Positions 1-12,736 of a stretch of DNA of 64,000 nt are shown here, in pieces. This stretch comes from Octopus vulgaris (Eukaryota). Each line of letters begins with the position of its first letter. Within the stretch, counting starts at the first letter, position 1. A program made the translations under genes and the position numbers. The stretch covers positions 111,476,001-111,540,000 of the forward strand of contig OX597820.1 in the NCBI GenBank assembly GCA_951406725.2. Direction: 5' to 3'. Below the pieces are notes generated by a model. The model made no database searches. It had not been told where the DNA came from and was given only the letters and a program-made list of their open reading frames with translations.

Positions 1-679
1 CTACGGACGGATGAGGAGAGATGTGTGAAGAAGTACCTGTCCCAAACAGTTGAAGGAATCCGGGGTAGAGGTAGACCCAGGAAGACATGGCCTTCAAATG
101 TTGGGTCTCACAGAGGCAATGACGAAAGACCAAGACCTCTAGAGATATGCTGTGACTGCGAAGACCCAACAAATAACGTGAGTTCATGGCTGTTTCCTAC
201 ACCAGCTTCACGTAGAAGCCCCAGCCCATCCAAAGTGCCTTGGATCGCAGGACGGACTGCTGTGCTTACCTTGGATCATAGGGTGACCTGCTGTGCTTCA
301 GGAGACCTATTGAGTCAAGTACATCAATATCAAAAAATCAAATGGAAATTGTAGTTGTGATACCTGTACCGGTGACATGTAAAAAGCACCATCCGAATGT
401 GGCCAATGCCAGCACCATCTTGACTGGCTTCTGTGCCTGTGGCACGTAAAAAGCACCAACCGATCGTGGCCATTGCTAGCCTCACCTGGCATGTGTTGGC
501 TCGTAAAAAGCACCCACTACACTCACGGAGTGGTTGGCATTAGAAAGAGCATCCAGCTGTAGAAACACTGCCTGATCAGACTGGAGCCTGGCGCAGCCTC
601 CTGGCTTCCCACACCCTGGTCAAACCGTCCAACCCATGCTAGCATGGAAAACGGACGTTAAACAATGATGATGATGATA
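1..679 (+). mobile_element. 3' end of an RTE-clade LINE or derived retroposon (decayed)
   Basis: Reads ..VKKYLSQTVEGIRGRGRPRKTW, an RTE RT C-terminal motif. The 3' UTR ends CCATGCTAGCATGGAAAACGGACGTTAAAC + (GAT)n. The same tail recurs at 10268-10546 and 22243-22800. Confidence 0.75.
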
Positions 680-1022
680 TACATGTATGTGTGTGTGCAT
701 GCATGGTTGTGTCCTTTTGTCTTGACATCATGTGATTGTTGTAAACAAGTGTTACCATCATATAAGCAGTGTTCCTCATTTTCAATCTTTTATGAAAACA
801 TACCTGATCACGGAATATACATTGCTTGGAAACAGGTGAGGCAGGAAGGGCATCTGGCTGTTGAAAATCTGCCTCAAAAAATTCCATTCAACTCACATGA
901 GTTATGGACTTTAAAACAATGACAATGATGTTGATGATGATACCTATGTATGTGTGTACATCACACACACACACATGTATGTGCATCACACATACATACA
1001 TTTTTATAAATGTATGCATGTA

Positions 1023-2329
1023 CAGGGTGTGGGGGGTAAATTGTTGCCATTTTATATTTTTAATTTCTCGCATGCACATTGTTTGTTTTTGATTTTGTTG
1101 ACTACACAGTATAGTAGGGTCAGTTGAGCACAGTCTGTGAGAAAAACAGCACCATGACACAATTCACTCTGCCAGAAATTTGGAAACAAAATGCTACACT
1201 GCTTGGCATTCATGCCAGAAGCACCAATACAAATGTTTCAGAGTGTTTGGGTGTGAATCTGAGGACGGTGCAGAGGATTCGGAAAGAGCTGGATGAGTCT
1301 AATGCTGATTATGAAGGTATGGCAGCTTGGAAAACTCACTCTGATTGTTCTGATAAGAAAAGAACTCCTGAATTTGTTGGTGAGATCCAGGCCATGATTG
1401 ACAATGATCCTTCCAAGTCAGTCAGGTCCATTGACAGGGACATGAGAGTGTCTGAGTTTCTTATCAGGCAGGTAGTGCATGAAGACATTTGGCATTCCTC
1501 ACACAAGATGAGAAGAGGCCAATTTTTATCCCAAGCCATCAAGGACAAGAGGAAAGATTGTGCTATGAAGCTTTTGAGCAAACTTAAGTATCCCCTTCAA
1601 CCGAACGTGCTTTGGTTTTTCTCAGACAAGAAAAATTTCTGCCAGGATCAGATGGTGAACACACAGAACAACCATTGGTTTGCTGTGTCCCTAAAACATG
1701 TACCAAGAGTGATAACAAATCAAACATGCAGTCAACATCATGGCGTTTGGAGTGATCACCTGTGATGGCAACGTTATGCCTCCATTCATCTTCCCACACG
1801 GCCTCAGACTTAACATGGAGGCCTACATCCAGTGCCTGGAGGAAGTAGTGCTGTCTTGAGTCAAGAGGGTGGCTGCTGGAAGACCCCCATGTCTAGTAAC
1901 AGGACTCTGTACCTTGCCACACAAGCAGGAGAACCCAGTCATAGCTGTCAGACAATTTCTACGACCACATCACCCCTAACATCTGGCCAACTAACTCCCC
2001 AGACTGCAACGCCCTTGGTTATTATGTGTGGGGAACATATGAGCAAGAGATCAACAAAACTTCTTGTAACACCAAAGTTAAACTGAAGGCAAGGATTATG
2101 GTAGCATTCACCAACTTAAACAAGGAGATCATCCAGAAGAGTTGCTGGAAATTCTGGAGGCTGTGATTGAAGCCAATGGCGATTTTAGTGAATAAATTTA
2201 CCCTTTGGTATTTCAAGATATTTTTATGTAATTTTTGTAAATATATGTTATATAAAATGTGAGGTCAGTATTATTTTCATTTTTTGCATAATTTAAACAA
2301 CAATACAACAATATATTCACTGCACCCTG
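1023..2329 (+). mobile_element. Tc1/mariner-superfamily DNA transposon, maT (DD37D) type, defective
   Basis: TA|CAGGGTG ... CACCCTG|TA ends. ORF 1124-1765 (HTH, FFSDKKNF) continues after frameshifts to QDSVPCHT..WPTNSPDCNALGYYVW, with 37 residues between the 2nd and 3rd catalytic positions. The 3rd D is mutated to G and there is an internal stop. Confidence 0.85.
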
Positions 2330-2353
2330 TATATGCATCATACATACATACAT

Positions 2354-2408
<55 letters not shown>

Positions 2409-3301
2409 TACATAATTTCTGTATCTTTGTATAAGCTGACTATTCATCTCAATAAAAAAACCTCTTAAAAATAGATTGTTTAACTGAGATAAAAAAGATC
2501 AACAGGCATTAACCATAAAAGACATTCTGTCCTGTGACTCTGTTTTATATTCCAGATATGTAATGTCCATATCACATGCCTAACCTATTCATTAGTCTTA
2601 TTAGTCACATGACTTCTTAATAAAAGAGTTAACATACTAATCACTGAACTCTTTTCTTCTTTCCACCTCCACCCCACTCTTTGGTCATAACTTCAATACA
2701 CTTTTGAAAAATTTGTTTTAACTTTTCTTTTGTTGTTCTTGCTTTACCTCATTTGAGAATATTTTTATATTTTAACTGTTTTGTTACCAAATTTTTGTTG
2801 AAATAGTTTGCCTTTGTTTCAATTAAGTTAGAACTTAGTCAAATAGTTTTGTCAGTATTAAGCTGATGTTTGGAGCATAAAGTAGTATGAAATTTCGATG
2901 GAAAGTTTTAATTTAAATCACTTTAAACCTTTTGTAATCATATTTCTGTTGAAGTACACTGCCTTTGTTCCAGTTAATTTCAAGAATAATGAAGAATTTA
3001 GTAAAATAACTTTGTCAGTATTAAGCTAATGTTTGGATCAGAAATTAACATGAAATTTTGACAGGAGATTTTAATTTAGATCATTTTAAACAGAAAGTTT
3101 GACAGAACCACTAAAGGCTTCGAGCAGATTAGTATCAAAAGGGTTCAAGACAAAGTTCTCCTCGGCAGGATTTGAAATCAGAATGTAAATAGGTACCAGA
3201 CACATTTGATCCCACATGTGTCCATGGCCAATATACATCCTGGTACCAAGCCAGGAATTAATTTTGAAAATAACAAAGAATTTTGATAAAACAACTTTGT
3301 T

Positions 3302-3783
3302 ATTTACATTATTTACAATTGACAGATATTTGTCCTCACCTTGTTTGTTGTTAACACAACGTTTTGGCAGATTATACCCTCCAGCCTTCATCAATTTTGA
3401 ACCTGGGTTCTCATTCCTAAGGTATTTTTTGATGTTGTTATTATTATTATTATTCAGGTCACTGTCTGGAATCGAACTCAGAATCTTGGGGTTAGAAGCC
3501 ATGGGCATATGGTGGAGTGGTTAAGAGCACGGGCTACTAACCCCAAGATTCCGAGTTCGATTCCAGACAATGACCTGAATAATAATAATAATAATAATAA
3601 TATTAACAACATCAAAAAATACCTTAGGAATGAGAACCCAGGTTCGAAATTTCCCCAAGACACCTGATGAAGGCTGGAGGGTATATCAGCGGAAACGTTG
3701 TGTTAACAACAGACAAGATGAGGACAAATATCTGTTGAATGTAAATAATGTACATAATTCCACATCTCTTAAATATAAAACTG
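3302..3783. mobile_element. Head-to-head inverted pair of a tRNA-headed, hammerhead-containing Penelope-type terminal repeat (non-autonomous)
   Basis: + copy ~3505-3783 has an A box TGGTGGAGTGG (3510-3520), a B box GAGTTCGATTCC (3553-3564), (AAT)n and a hammerhead. An inverted truncated copy spans 3302-3500. Near-duplicate flanks AACAACTTTGTT (3290-3301) and AACAGCTTTGTT (3784-3795) look like a TSD. Confidence 0.75.
3659..3704 (+). ncRNA. Minimal type I hammerhead ribozyme motif (PLE-type)
   Basis: GACAC-CTGATGA-[AG GCTG..CAGC G]-GAAAC-GTT-GTGTT. Stem I is GACAC/GTGTT. Stem III is reduced to the palindrome AACGTT. The closing pair of stem II is mutated in this copy. Confidence 0.7.
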
Positions 3784-4429
3784 AACAGCTTTGTTGTTAT
3801 TAACCCTTTTGTTATAACTTTGTCAGTATTAAGCTAAAGTTTACACCATAAACTAACGCAATATTTTTATGGAAGGTTTTAATTTAGATCACTTTGAAAC
3901 AGAAAGTTTATAATATAGAACCAGGGGCAGTCTCAGGAAGAATGTTATCAAAAGAGTTAATATATTATTTCATTTATACTTGAGGAATATTGTGTTCTAT
4001 ATATTGTGAATGAAGTGATGAGAAAGACTCTCACAAAATGTGGAGATTGTATGTGTGAGAGAGAGTGAAAGGAAAATATGGCTAAGATAACACATAATAC
4101 ATACACTCAGTCTAACATCTCATGATAGTGCAAGATCCTGTGCAGACTCACATAGTTGGAAAAAAGTGGGTTTGTAGATGCAGAGGTTCCCAACCTTTAT
4201 TCTGCCCTGCACCCCTAAGAAATGCTTATTTAATTTTTACAAACCCAACAAAAGAAATACCACATTTGAAGTTGAAAAAGTTAATTTTCTAGTGACTAAT
4301 TTTTTAAAAATGAACTCCATACAAAAGTGAGGAAAATGATAAAATTCATGGTATAATTTAATGAACAGAGTTCTTTTAAGCATTAATTATTTTATTCTGA
4401 GAAGCAATTTTTATGAACTACATACTGCA

Positions 4430-4770
4430 TAGCTATATGGTTAAGGAGTTATTTTTCAACTTCATGGTTTAGGTTCAACTCCAGTGCAAGGCACCTTTGG
4501 TAAGTGTCTTCTACTATAGCACCAAGTTAACCAAAGCCTTGTGAGTGGATTTGGTAGATGGAAACAGAAAGAAGCTTGTTGCATTTGTGTGTGTGTGATT
4601 ATGTCCCCTCGTCTTGACATCATGTATGTTTTCTGTGAAAACATGTCTGGCCACGAGGAAATAAAAACCTTCTTGGAAGTAGTGAGGACATCTCATCATA
4701 GAAAATCTACTTCAATGAACTCCATCTGGTTCAGGTAATCTTGGAAGAGTGGATGTTAAAATAGTGGTAG
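4430..4770 (+). mobile_element. tRNA-derived SINE (abundant family with a CCTTGGGCAAGTGTCTT-type core), decayed
   Basis: GGTTCAACTCC B-box-like motif, then GGCACCTTTGGTAAGTGTCTTCTACTATAGC..GTGAGTGGATTTGGTAGATGGAAAC. The family has many other copies in the window. Confidence 0.6.
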
Positions 4771-4999
4771 AGCATTCGTTTACAACAATTATGCAGGAGA
4801 CACACTCACATGTTCACACGTACACTAACACACATACACACATACATAGATATATACAACAGGCTTCTTTAAGTTTCAATTTACCAAATCCACTCACAAG
4901 GCCCAGGGCTACAGTAGAAGAGACTTATTCAAGGTGCCACACAGCAGGACTGAACCCAAAACCACATGGGTGGAAAGCAAACTTCTTAACCACACTTGC

Positions 5000-5840
5000 A
5001 TTTTCCTATGCTTGCATGGGTTAGATGGGCATTCTGCAGCATGGCATCTTACTCCTCAATGCATTCTCTTATCTCCTTAGCCTTTTGGTATCGGCATTCA
5101 CCACTTTTGCTTATAACTTTCTTGTCTTCTCCAAAGGTTCCTTTCACTTAGATTCCTTGGTGTTTCTGTATCCAAATACCATACTTCACATGCATCACAT
5201 GTTTATACTAGCACAATCTCTTCTCTTCTCTTCTACACTACATCTGATTCCTCTTGTATCCAATTTTTCTCTTAATTCATTTGTGATCCAATATTCGTTC
5301 ATACTAACATTACACACCCAGTAAAGCATGCTTGCTTCATTTATTTTTAGCCATTACACATTCTCTACATTTAATATTATCTATATTTCACTACAATACA
5401 GCACTGCATATTGTATTCAAGCATTATATACTTTGCCTTTCGCTAAAAGAGGGATTCCTTTTGCTGCTGACTGAATTGATGGCTTTCTAAACTTTCTTCT
5501 CCTATTCTTACTCAGGCCATTATGTTATCAGAGCTCCTGCCAGCCACTACGAATTTTGGCCCCATAAGCAACTGAAGCTATCTATTCCTTCTTTGGAGTA
5601 TACTGAGAATTGGAAAGAATTTGGGTATCCATAGTGTGCAATGGGTATACTCTATGGAATTCCCACTTACCCCCTTTCTTCATATCCACCATGACCACTA
5701 CTCTGATGGTAGAAGAGTTCTATTTTTTTTCCTTCTGCAACTGTTGCCTTGGAGAGATTTATTTTGAGGTCCCTTAATTCTACAACTTGCTTCCTTGTTT
5801 TTAATTGCATCTCTAAATCTTCAACTGATTTGGTATTGAT
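5000..5840 (-). mobile_element. RTE LINE RT C-terminal fragment, heavily decayed
   Basis: Minus-strand SVEDLEMQLKTRKQVVELRDLKINLSKAT resembles the RTE region after YADD (GLxVNLxKTK). Many stops follow. Confidence 0.55.
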
Positions 5841-5847
5841 AACTCTA

Positions 5848-6040
5848 GGCACAGGTATAGCTGTGTCATTAAGATGCTTGATTTCCTACCATGTAGTCTT
5901 AGGTTCCATTCCACTTCATGCCACCATGGACAAGAGTCTTCTATGATTACCCCAAGCTGACTAAAGTCATGTAAATGGATTTGATAGATGGAAACTGGAA
6001 GAAGCCTGTCATGTGTGAGAGAGAGAGAGAGAGAGAGAAT

Positions 6041-6095
<55 letters not shown>

Positions 6096-6335
6096 TGTGT
6101 GTGTGCATGTGCATACATTGTGTTGTCTTAACATTGTGGTCATTGTAAATAATCATCATCATACAAGTAATGCCATTCATTTCCAATCTTCCATGAAAAA
6201 CATGGGGAAATATTACCTTGCTTGGAAACAAGTGAGGCTTGGCAGCAGGAAGGGCGTTTGGCCATAGAAAATTTGCTTCATTGAATTTCATCTGATCTAT
6301 GCAAGCATAGAAAAATGGACAAAAGTGATAATGAG
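5848..6335 (+). mobile_element. tRNA-derived SINE with internal (GA)n(GT)n
   Basis: GGCACAGGTATAGCTGTG head, GGTTCCATTCC, same core as other copies, (GAT)-type tail. Confidence 0.55.
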
Positions 6336-7039
6336 GTGTGTGTAAGTCAAGGGAAATTAGGTTACTATTTCTAGCAGGTTACATTGAGTCTCTTTCATCA
6401 GCTTGATGTGTATGTGCTTATATGTGTGAATGTGAATAACAGTGACTATGCTGTCACTGTAGTCATTGGTTTGTCATTAGTGGTCAATAATTGATAGTGA
6501 CGTTAGTGATGACTGGTACAGATGGTCTTCATGGCAATGACAAAAGGATGGTTGCAATGATGATGATGAATGTTGGTGTTAGTGGTTATATAATGTTAAT
6601 AATGGTTTCTGATCTAAGTACAAGACCAACAGTTTTGAGGGGAGGGGCTTAGTCAATACCATCAATTCCAGTATTCGACTAGTACTTTACATTATTGACT
6701 TTGAAAGGATGACATGCAAAATTGACCATAGCAGGATTTAAACTCAGAATGTAAACAGCCAGAAGAAGTACTGCTTAGCATTTTGTCCAATACATTAATG
6801 ATTCTTCCAGAATGGTTATGAGGGTGATAGTTATGATGCTGTTTATGATGCTGATAGTGAAAATGGTTTCATTTCAGTGCTCACCCCAAATGCTTGTGAT
6901 CAAAAGTGTTCCATCCAGGACCATTCCATCTATTGATATATCTTACACTACATTGACCAGTGTGTCATTCCATTTGTTCTTCAGTCTATGTTTGATTTGA
7001 GAAAGATTGGCTGCTATTTTTAGCAGAGTTAGGTAAATG

Positions 7040-7460
7040 TGAGGGTGGTGGTATGGTTGTGGTGTGGTAGTAGTGATGGTGGTGGATGCGGAAGTGACAC
7101 TGATGATGATGATGATGATGATGAAGATGGTGGTGGTAGCAGTGATGACGAGAAGATGGAAGGGGGACGACGATGACAATAACGATAACGACAACGATGG
7201 TGTAATGGTGATGATGAATAAGTAATGATGATGATGGTAATGGTTATGATAACGATGATGGTGTTGATGGTGATGGTGATGAGGATGAGGAGGCTGTGAT
7301 AATGATGATGGTAGTGGTTGTAGCATTGATGTTAATTATAATGATGATGATGGTGGTGGTGGTCGAGGTCGTGGTGATGATGAGGAAGAGGAAGGGGGAC
7401 GATGATAACAATGATGATGATGATGATGATGATGGGTGATGGTGATGAAAAGTGATGGCA
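7040..7460. repeat. Imperfect (GAT/GGT)n trinucleotide region
   Basis: Visible directly; it produces the spurious His/Ile/Ser-rich ORFs. Confidence 0.9.
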
Positions 7461-8663
7461 ACAATAATAGACAAGAGAAGCATGAGAAGCAGGCAAGTAT
7501 GAAATTCAGTTTTGTTTGGGGTTTGTGTACACAATAGCAATGTGTGGGATGTTGGACAATAGATGGGGTATTGTTGTTATTGGACTGGAGGGAGAAGGAA
7601 CTGGAGGAGTCAGAAAGAAATGGAGGGGGGGAGTTGAGGGTGAGTGTGATGGAGCTATGGAGTAAGAAGACTAGGAAAGAATGAGATTGATGGGAGGAGA
7701 GGAGAGATCAGAAGCGGGTGAGAAGTGGAATATATGTGTGTGTGGGTGTGTGTGTAAATATAGATATATGTGTGTGTGTGTGTGTGTAAATATATATGTG
7801 TGTGTGTGTAAATATATATATGTGTGTGTGTGTGTAAATATATATATATATGTGTGTGTGTGTGTAAATATATATGTGTGTGTGTATAATACATATCTGT
7901 GTATTTATGCATGAGTGTGTGTGTATGTCTGTGGGGGAGAGTGAGTAAACAGAGAGAAAGGAGGAAAAGAAAAAAAGAAAGGCAAGAGAACAAGGAGGAG
8001 GAGAGAGAGGTGAATTATTATAGGGTTGAATACCATTGTTTTGTATTGATTATATACACCGATTTCTATATATAGTTGATCTAGTAAACACAAATCTGTT
8101 TAAAAGCACATACACACACAAACACACTTATATACACACACATACATACATATATACATGCATGCATACATACATACATACATACATACATACATACACA
8201 CACACACATACATACATACATACATACATACATACATACATACCTATTGTTATAGGTGTTAGGCTATGTACCTACAAATTTACACAAAAACCTAGAAATA
8301 CTAGATTTTTCAAAGAAAACGCAATAGAAACTGATTGACACAGGTTCTCCAAATCCAATCTAATAGTGGCATGGTGAAAATTTCAAAGAAATTCCAAAGA
8401 TTCTTCATTGGGAGTTCTTTAGGTGAATAGATGCACAAGTATGCACATCTATTCCCCTAAATACATCAACTCAACTACGCATTTACAAACACTGAGAACA
8501 CTCTTAACTCAAAATGTCTTGTCACATTCTAATTGACCAGCTTGGACTCTCTCAAGAACCTAAATAAGACTCAAAAAAATCATACATACATACACATATA
8601 TAGGTCCAACCCATGCCAGCATGGAAGGCAGACATTAACTGAAATGATATATATATATATATA

Positions 8664-8732
8664 TACTAATACATTTGTTTATTTGTACTCCACCTGCCTT
8701 CGTCTTTTGTTTATTTTCGTAAACTTTCCCTT

Positions 8733-8807
<75 letters not shown>

Positions 8808-8887
8808 TATATATGTGTGAAATTTGATTTAGTATTTCTAAATTGAATTTTTTCCCTGTAAGTTAGAATTAATATTCCCTCAAATAA

Positions 8888-8933
<46 letters not shown>

Positions 8934-9011
8934 TGTGTGAAATTTGATTTAGTATTTCTAAATTGAATTTTTTCCCTGTAAGTTAGAATTAATATTCCCT
9001 CAAATAATTAT

Positions 9012-9013
<2 letters not shown>
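8664..9013. repeat. Short retroelement tails embedded in (TA)n, including an ~80-bp direct duplicate
   Basis: TGTGTGAAATTTGATTTAGTATTTCTAAATTGAATTTTTTCCCTGTAAGTTAGAATTAATATTCCCTCAAATAAT occurs at ~8814 and ~8934, separated by (TA)n. Confidence 0.75.
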
Positions 9014-9042
<29 letters not shown>

Positions 9043-9782
9043 GTATAGAGAGAGAGAGAGAGACTCACACACACTTACATATGAGCACATAGCTGCAAAA
9101 TGTGTTGGAAAAAATAGTACTCAAATACCAAAGGTAGTGTGAGGTGAAAAGACTTCACAAAATATTACTCTGGGTTTCATGTAACTGATCATCAGACAGT
9201 TGTGAGTAGGAGTACTTAGAACAATGCAATGGTTTAGACCATTGCATTGTGAATTGTTATCAGATTGTAAAATTCTTTTCAGCTCCAATAGAATATTACA
9301 TGCACACGCGCGCACGCACACACACACATACATGCACATAAATACATATATATGTATACATATGAATATATATATATATTATATACATATATACATATGC
9401 ATTTACATACACACACACACACACACACACACATATATTTATATATATATATATACAGATATCTATATACATACATGCACACAACACATATGTGCCTGTA
9501 TGTTTATGTGTACATGTATGCACAACAATGTGCAATGTACAAGAATGAATGCTTGCGTATGTGTGGGTTTCTTTGTGTGTGTGTGTGAAAGACATTAAGA
9601 AATATACACCATTCACCCAGAGTCCTGAACAGGCTCTAAACAATGGATTGCTGTTTTCCACCATACTTACCAAAACATCAATACATACTCAAGGCAAATA
9701 TGTGTTTTTCTTTGTATTGTTATGTATTGTCTTGAAGATGTGGATGTTTGCACATGAGCTATAAATGTGAGTCAGAGACAGC

Positions 9783-10150
9783 GGTGGTGGTAGTAGTGGC
9801 AGTGTTGGAGGTGGTAGCGGCAGTGACAGTGGTGCTGGTGGTGGCAGGTGGTGGCAGCAGGCAGAGGCAGTGGTGGCAGCAGTGGTAGAGGTAGGGAAAG
9901 TAGGTGGTGGTGGTGATGGTGGTGGTGTCAGCAGCGGCAGTGGTGGAGGTGTTGGAGGCAGCAATGGTAGAAGTGGTAGTGGTGGTGGTGCTGGTGGTGG
10001 CAATGGTGGTGGCAGCAGAGGCAGAGGCAGTGGTAGCAGTGGTAGAGGTAGGGAAAGTAGGTGGTGGTGGTGGTGTCAGCAGCGGCAGTGGTGGAGGTGT
10101 TGGAGGCAGCGATGGTAGAAGTGGTAGTGGTGGTGGTGGTGGTGGTGGTT
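9783..10150. repeat. G-rich (GGT/GGC/AGT) low-complexity tract with an internal tandem duplication
   Basis: The block GGTAGAGGTAGGGAAAGTAGGTGGTGG..GGTGTCAGCAGCGGCAGTGGTGGAGGTGTTGGAGGCAGC occurs twice. Confidence 0.85.
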
Positions 10151-10267
10151 TCTCTGTTTCATTAAAACTTTATTAGTATGGCTGAAACTAGATTCAACAT
10201 TTTACAACCTGGGAAATGTAAGCAAAAACGGGTCAACCACTGAACTAAGCTTGAATTTATTTGATAG

Positions 10268-10546
10268 CATCATCATCATCATCATCATCATTTAGCGTCC
10301 ACTTTCCATGCTAGCATGGGTTGGACGGTTCAACTAGGGTCTGGGAAGCCAGAAGGCTGCACCAGGCCCAGTCTGATCTGGCAATGTTTCTACGGCTGGA
10401 TGCCCTTCCTAACGCCAACCACTCCGTGAGTGTAGTGGGTGCTTTTTACGTGCCACCGGCACAGGTGCCGGATGGGGCTGGCAAATGGCCACAGTCGGAT
10501 GGTGCTTTTTACGTGCCACCGGCACGGGGGCCAGGCGAGGCTGGCA
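10268..10546 (-). mobile_element. RTE-tail retroposon (same family as ~330-679)
   Basis: (CAT)n-TTTAGCGTCCACTTTCCATGCTAGCATGGGTTGGACGG..GGTGCTTTTTACGTGCCACCGGCAC. Confidence 0.75.
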
Positions 10547-10739
10547 TCATTTACATTTATATATACTGCAATGGTCACTGATTATTTTACTTTCAAATAA
10601 TGATTTAGCAACAAGTTCCACACACACATATCGAAGAGTTATGTAAGAGTCAATGTCTGCCTTTTCAATTTTGAAATCACATCATGTCAACAATCCTATT
10701 CAGTCCAGTCAGGTATTCTTTTTTCTTTTCTTTTTTGAT

Positions 10740-11105
10740 CTGTTTCAGTCATTTTGACTGCGGCCATGCTGGAGCATCATCTTTAGTCAAACAAATCGAA
10801 CCCAGGACTTATTCTTTGTAAGCCTAGTACTTATTCTATTGGTCTCTTTTTGCTGAACCGCTAAGTTACAGGGACATAAACACACCAGCATCAGTTGTCA
10901 AACGATGGTGGAGGAACAAACACAGACACACAAACATATACATACATGCATACATACATGCATACATACATACATATATACATACATACATACGTATGTA
11001 TATATATATATATATATATACACACAATGGGCTTCTTTCAGTTTCCGTCTACCAAATCTACTCACAAGGCTTTGGTTGACCTGAGACTATAGTAGAAGAC
11101 ACTTG
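10740..11105 (-). mobile_element. tRNA-derived SINE, head missing next to the mariner insertion
   Basis: TGTTTCAGTCATTTTGACTGCGGCCATGCTGGAGCA..GGGCTTCTTTCAGTTTCCGTCTACCAAAT; matches the full copy at 23737-24148. Confidence 0.75.
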
Positions 11106-11144
11106 TAGTTGAAGGCATCTTGATCAGGACAGATTTCTGTATTA

Positions 11145-12406
11145 TTGGGTTGGCAACTAAGTTCCTGCCGTTTTTTTTAAATTTTGGAGTTTATTGCATT
11201 TTTAAATTTTGGAATCTATTTTTTTCCAGAATTCTATTTTTGAATCATTTTGGAATCTATTTTCTTTTTTTCTAGTTAATTTTTCTTTATTTTCAGATCA
11301 TTAAAATGGAATGTCAAGTTAAGGAAAATGAGCATTTTCGATACCTTATTCTTTTTGCTTTTAATCAAGGTTCTAAGGCCGCAAAAGCTGCTCACAGCAT
11401 TTGTGCTGTGTATGGAAAGGGTGCTGTAGCTGAAAGAACCGCTTGTGATTGGTATGCCGAGTTCAAAAATGAAAATTTTGGCCTCAAAAGATGCACCTCA
11501 TTCTGGCCGTCTAGTTAAGTTCAATGAAGAACAATTAAACCAACTTTTGCATGAAAATTCAAACGACACGGGAACTGGCAGAGAAAATGGAATGCTTCCA
11601 CACTGCTATAGAGAAGAATTTTCACTCGATGGGAAAGGTTCAGAAGTATGGAGCATGGGTTCTGCATGCTTTAAGTGACAACAACAAAAATCAATGAGCC
11701 ACAATCTCTACTGGTTTGCTTGCTTGTCACCATTCAACTCATTGATACAAGCAACGATTTCTTTACCGAATTGTTACTGGAAACGAAAAATGGTGCCTGT
11801 ACATCAATATGAAGCAGCATAAGGAATGGAATAGCTCTAGTAAACAAGTGACACTATGCATGAAACAAGATCTTCATCCGCGTAAAACGATGTGCATATG
11901 GTGGGACTGGGAAGGGAATATCCATTATGAATTGCTTAAACGGAACCAAATGGTCATCACAGAACTCTATGTTCAACAGATGGGATGACTCAACACAGCT
12001 ATTCAAGAGAAAAGACATAATCGTCAGCATGGAGTTCTTCTGCTGCACGACAAAGCCCACCCTCATATGACCAATATGACCAAGGAAGCCATTCAAACGC
12101 ATGGCTGGGAAGTGCTGCCACACCTGCTGTACTCTCTTGATTTGGCACCAATGGATTTCCACCTCTTTCGATCCCTTTTAAATGCTATGTGCAGAGTTTC
12201 ATTCAATACTGATACAGAATCGAGAGCTTGGTTGGATCAATTTTTTGAGTTGAGATTGGGTGATTTCTACAAACAAGGTATTGAAAATCTTGTTGAATGT
12301 TGGGAAGAAGTTGTAAACAACAAGGGTGAATACATTATTGATTAATTAGTTGTTATTTTTTATTAAACCTTTTAAAAAAATGGCAGGAACTTAGCTGCCA
12401 ACCTAA
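11145..12406 (+). mobile_element. mariner (DD34D) DNA transposon, full length but defective
   Basis: TA-flanked ~26-bp TIRs TTGGGTTGGCAACTAAGTTCCTGCCG and TGGCAGGAACTTAGCTGCCAACCTAA. Transposase pieces: WVLHAL (WVPHEL), IVTGNEKW, LHDKAHPH, HLLYSLDLAPMDFHLF. Contains frameshifts and stops. Confidence 0.9.
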
Positions 12407-12736
12407 TATCTGGGGCAATTTATAATGTATAGATAAACTAAGTTTTGTTTGTCTATTTGATGCATAGATGTAAAGATTTTTCTTAGCTCACTTCTGATGC
12501 TTTGTGAGGGCCATTTGACTCTGTCACCCCACTGAATTTCATAACCCACGTGCATACACACACACACACATGCACACACACAGTGTGAGTGATATATATA
12601 TATATATATTATATAGAGGGCACTATTACACATAGATGCCGCATGCTGGGAGGGACTCTTAAAGTCAAAACTACTAAAATAACCACGTCGTACTGAAACA
12701 ATTCTCAAAGCAGATAATTTAAAAACAGAATTTAGC

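Larger units (their letters stand above)
2771..3960. mobile_element. Cluster of ~210-bp TTAA-flanked MITE copies (piggyBac-like ends), one interrupted by the 3302-3783 insertion
   Basis: Repeated unit ..TTTGTTACCATATTTCTGTTGAA..AAAATAACTTTGTCAGTATTAAGCT..TTTAATTTAGATCACTTT..ATCAAAAGGGTT(A)A. Similar copies near 41885-42110, 48165-48385, 48765-48980 and 62055-62260. Confidence 0.65.

Noticed and set aside
3505-3575. tRNA gene (also the heads at 54865 and ~24100)
   Set aside because: No acceptor stem and no T-run terminator; each continues into a repeat body, so these are retroposon heads.
8418-8461. Hairpin TTTAGG-T-GAATAGATG..CATCTATTC-C-CCTAAA
   Set aside because: On the - strand the flanks only loosely resemble a hammerhead core (TTGATGT..GAAC); too degenerate to call.
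9689-10176. Gly-rich and Pro-rich ORFs
   Set aside because: They come from a (GGT)n-type simple repeat with no coherent exon boundaries.
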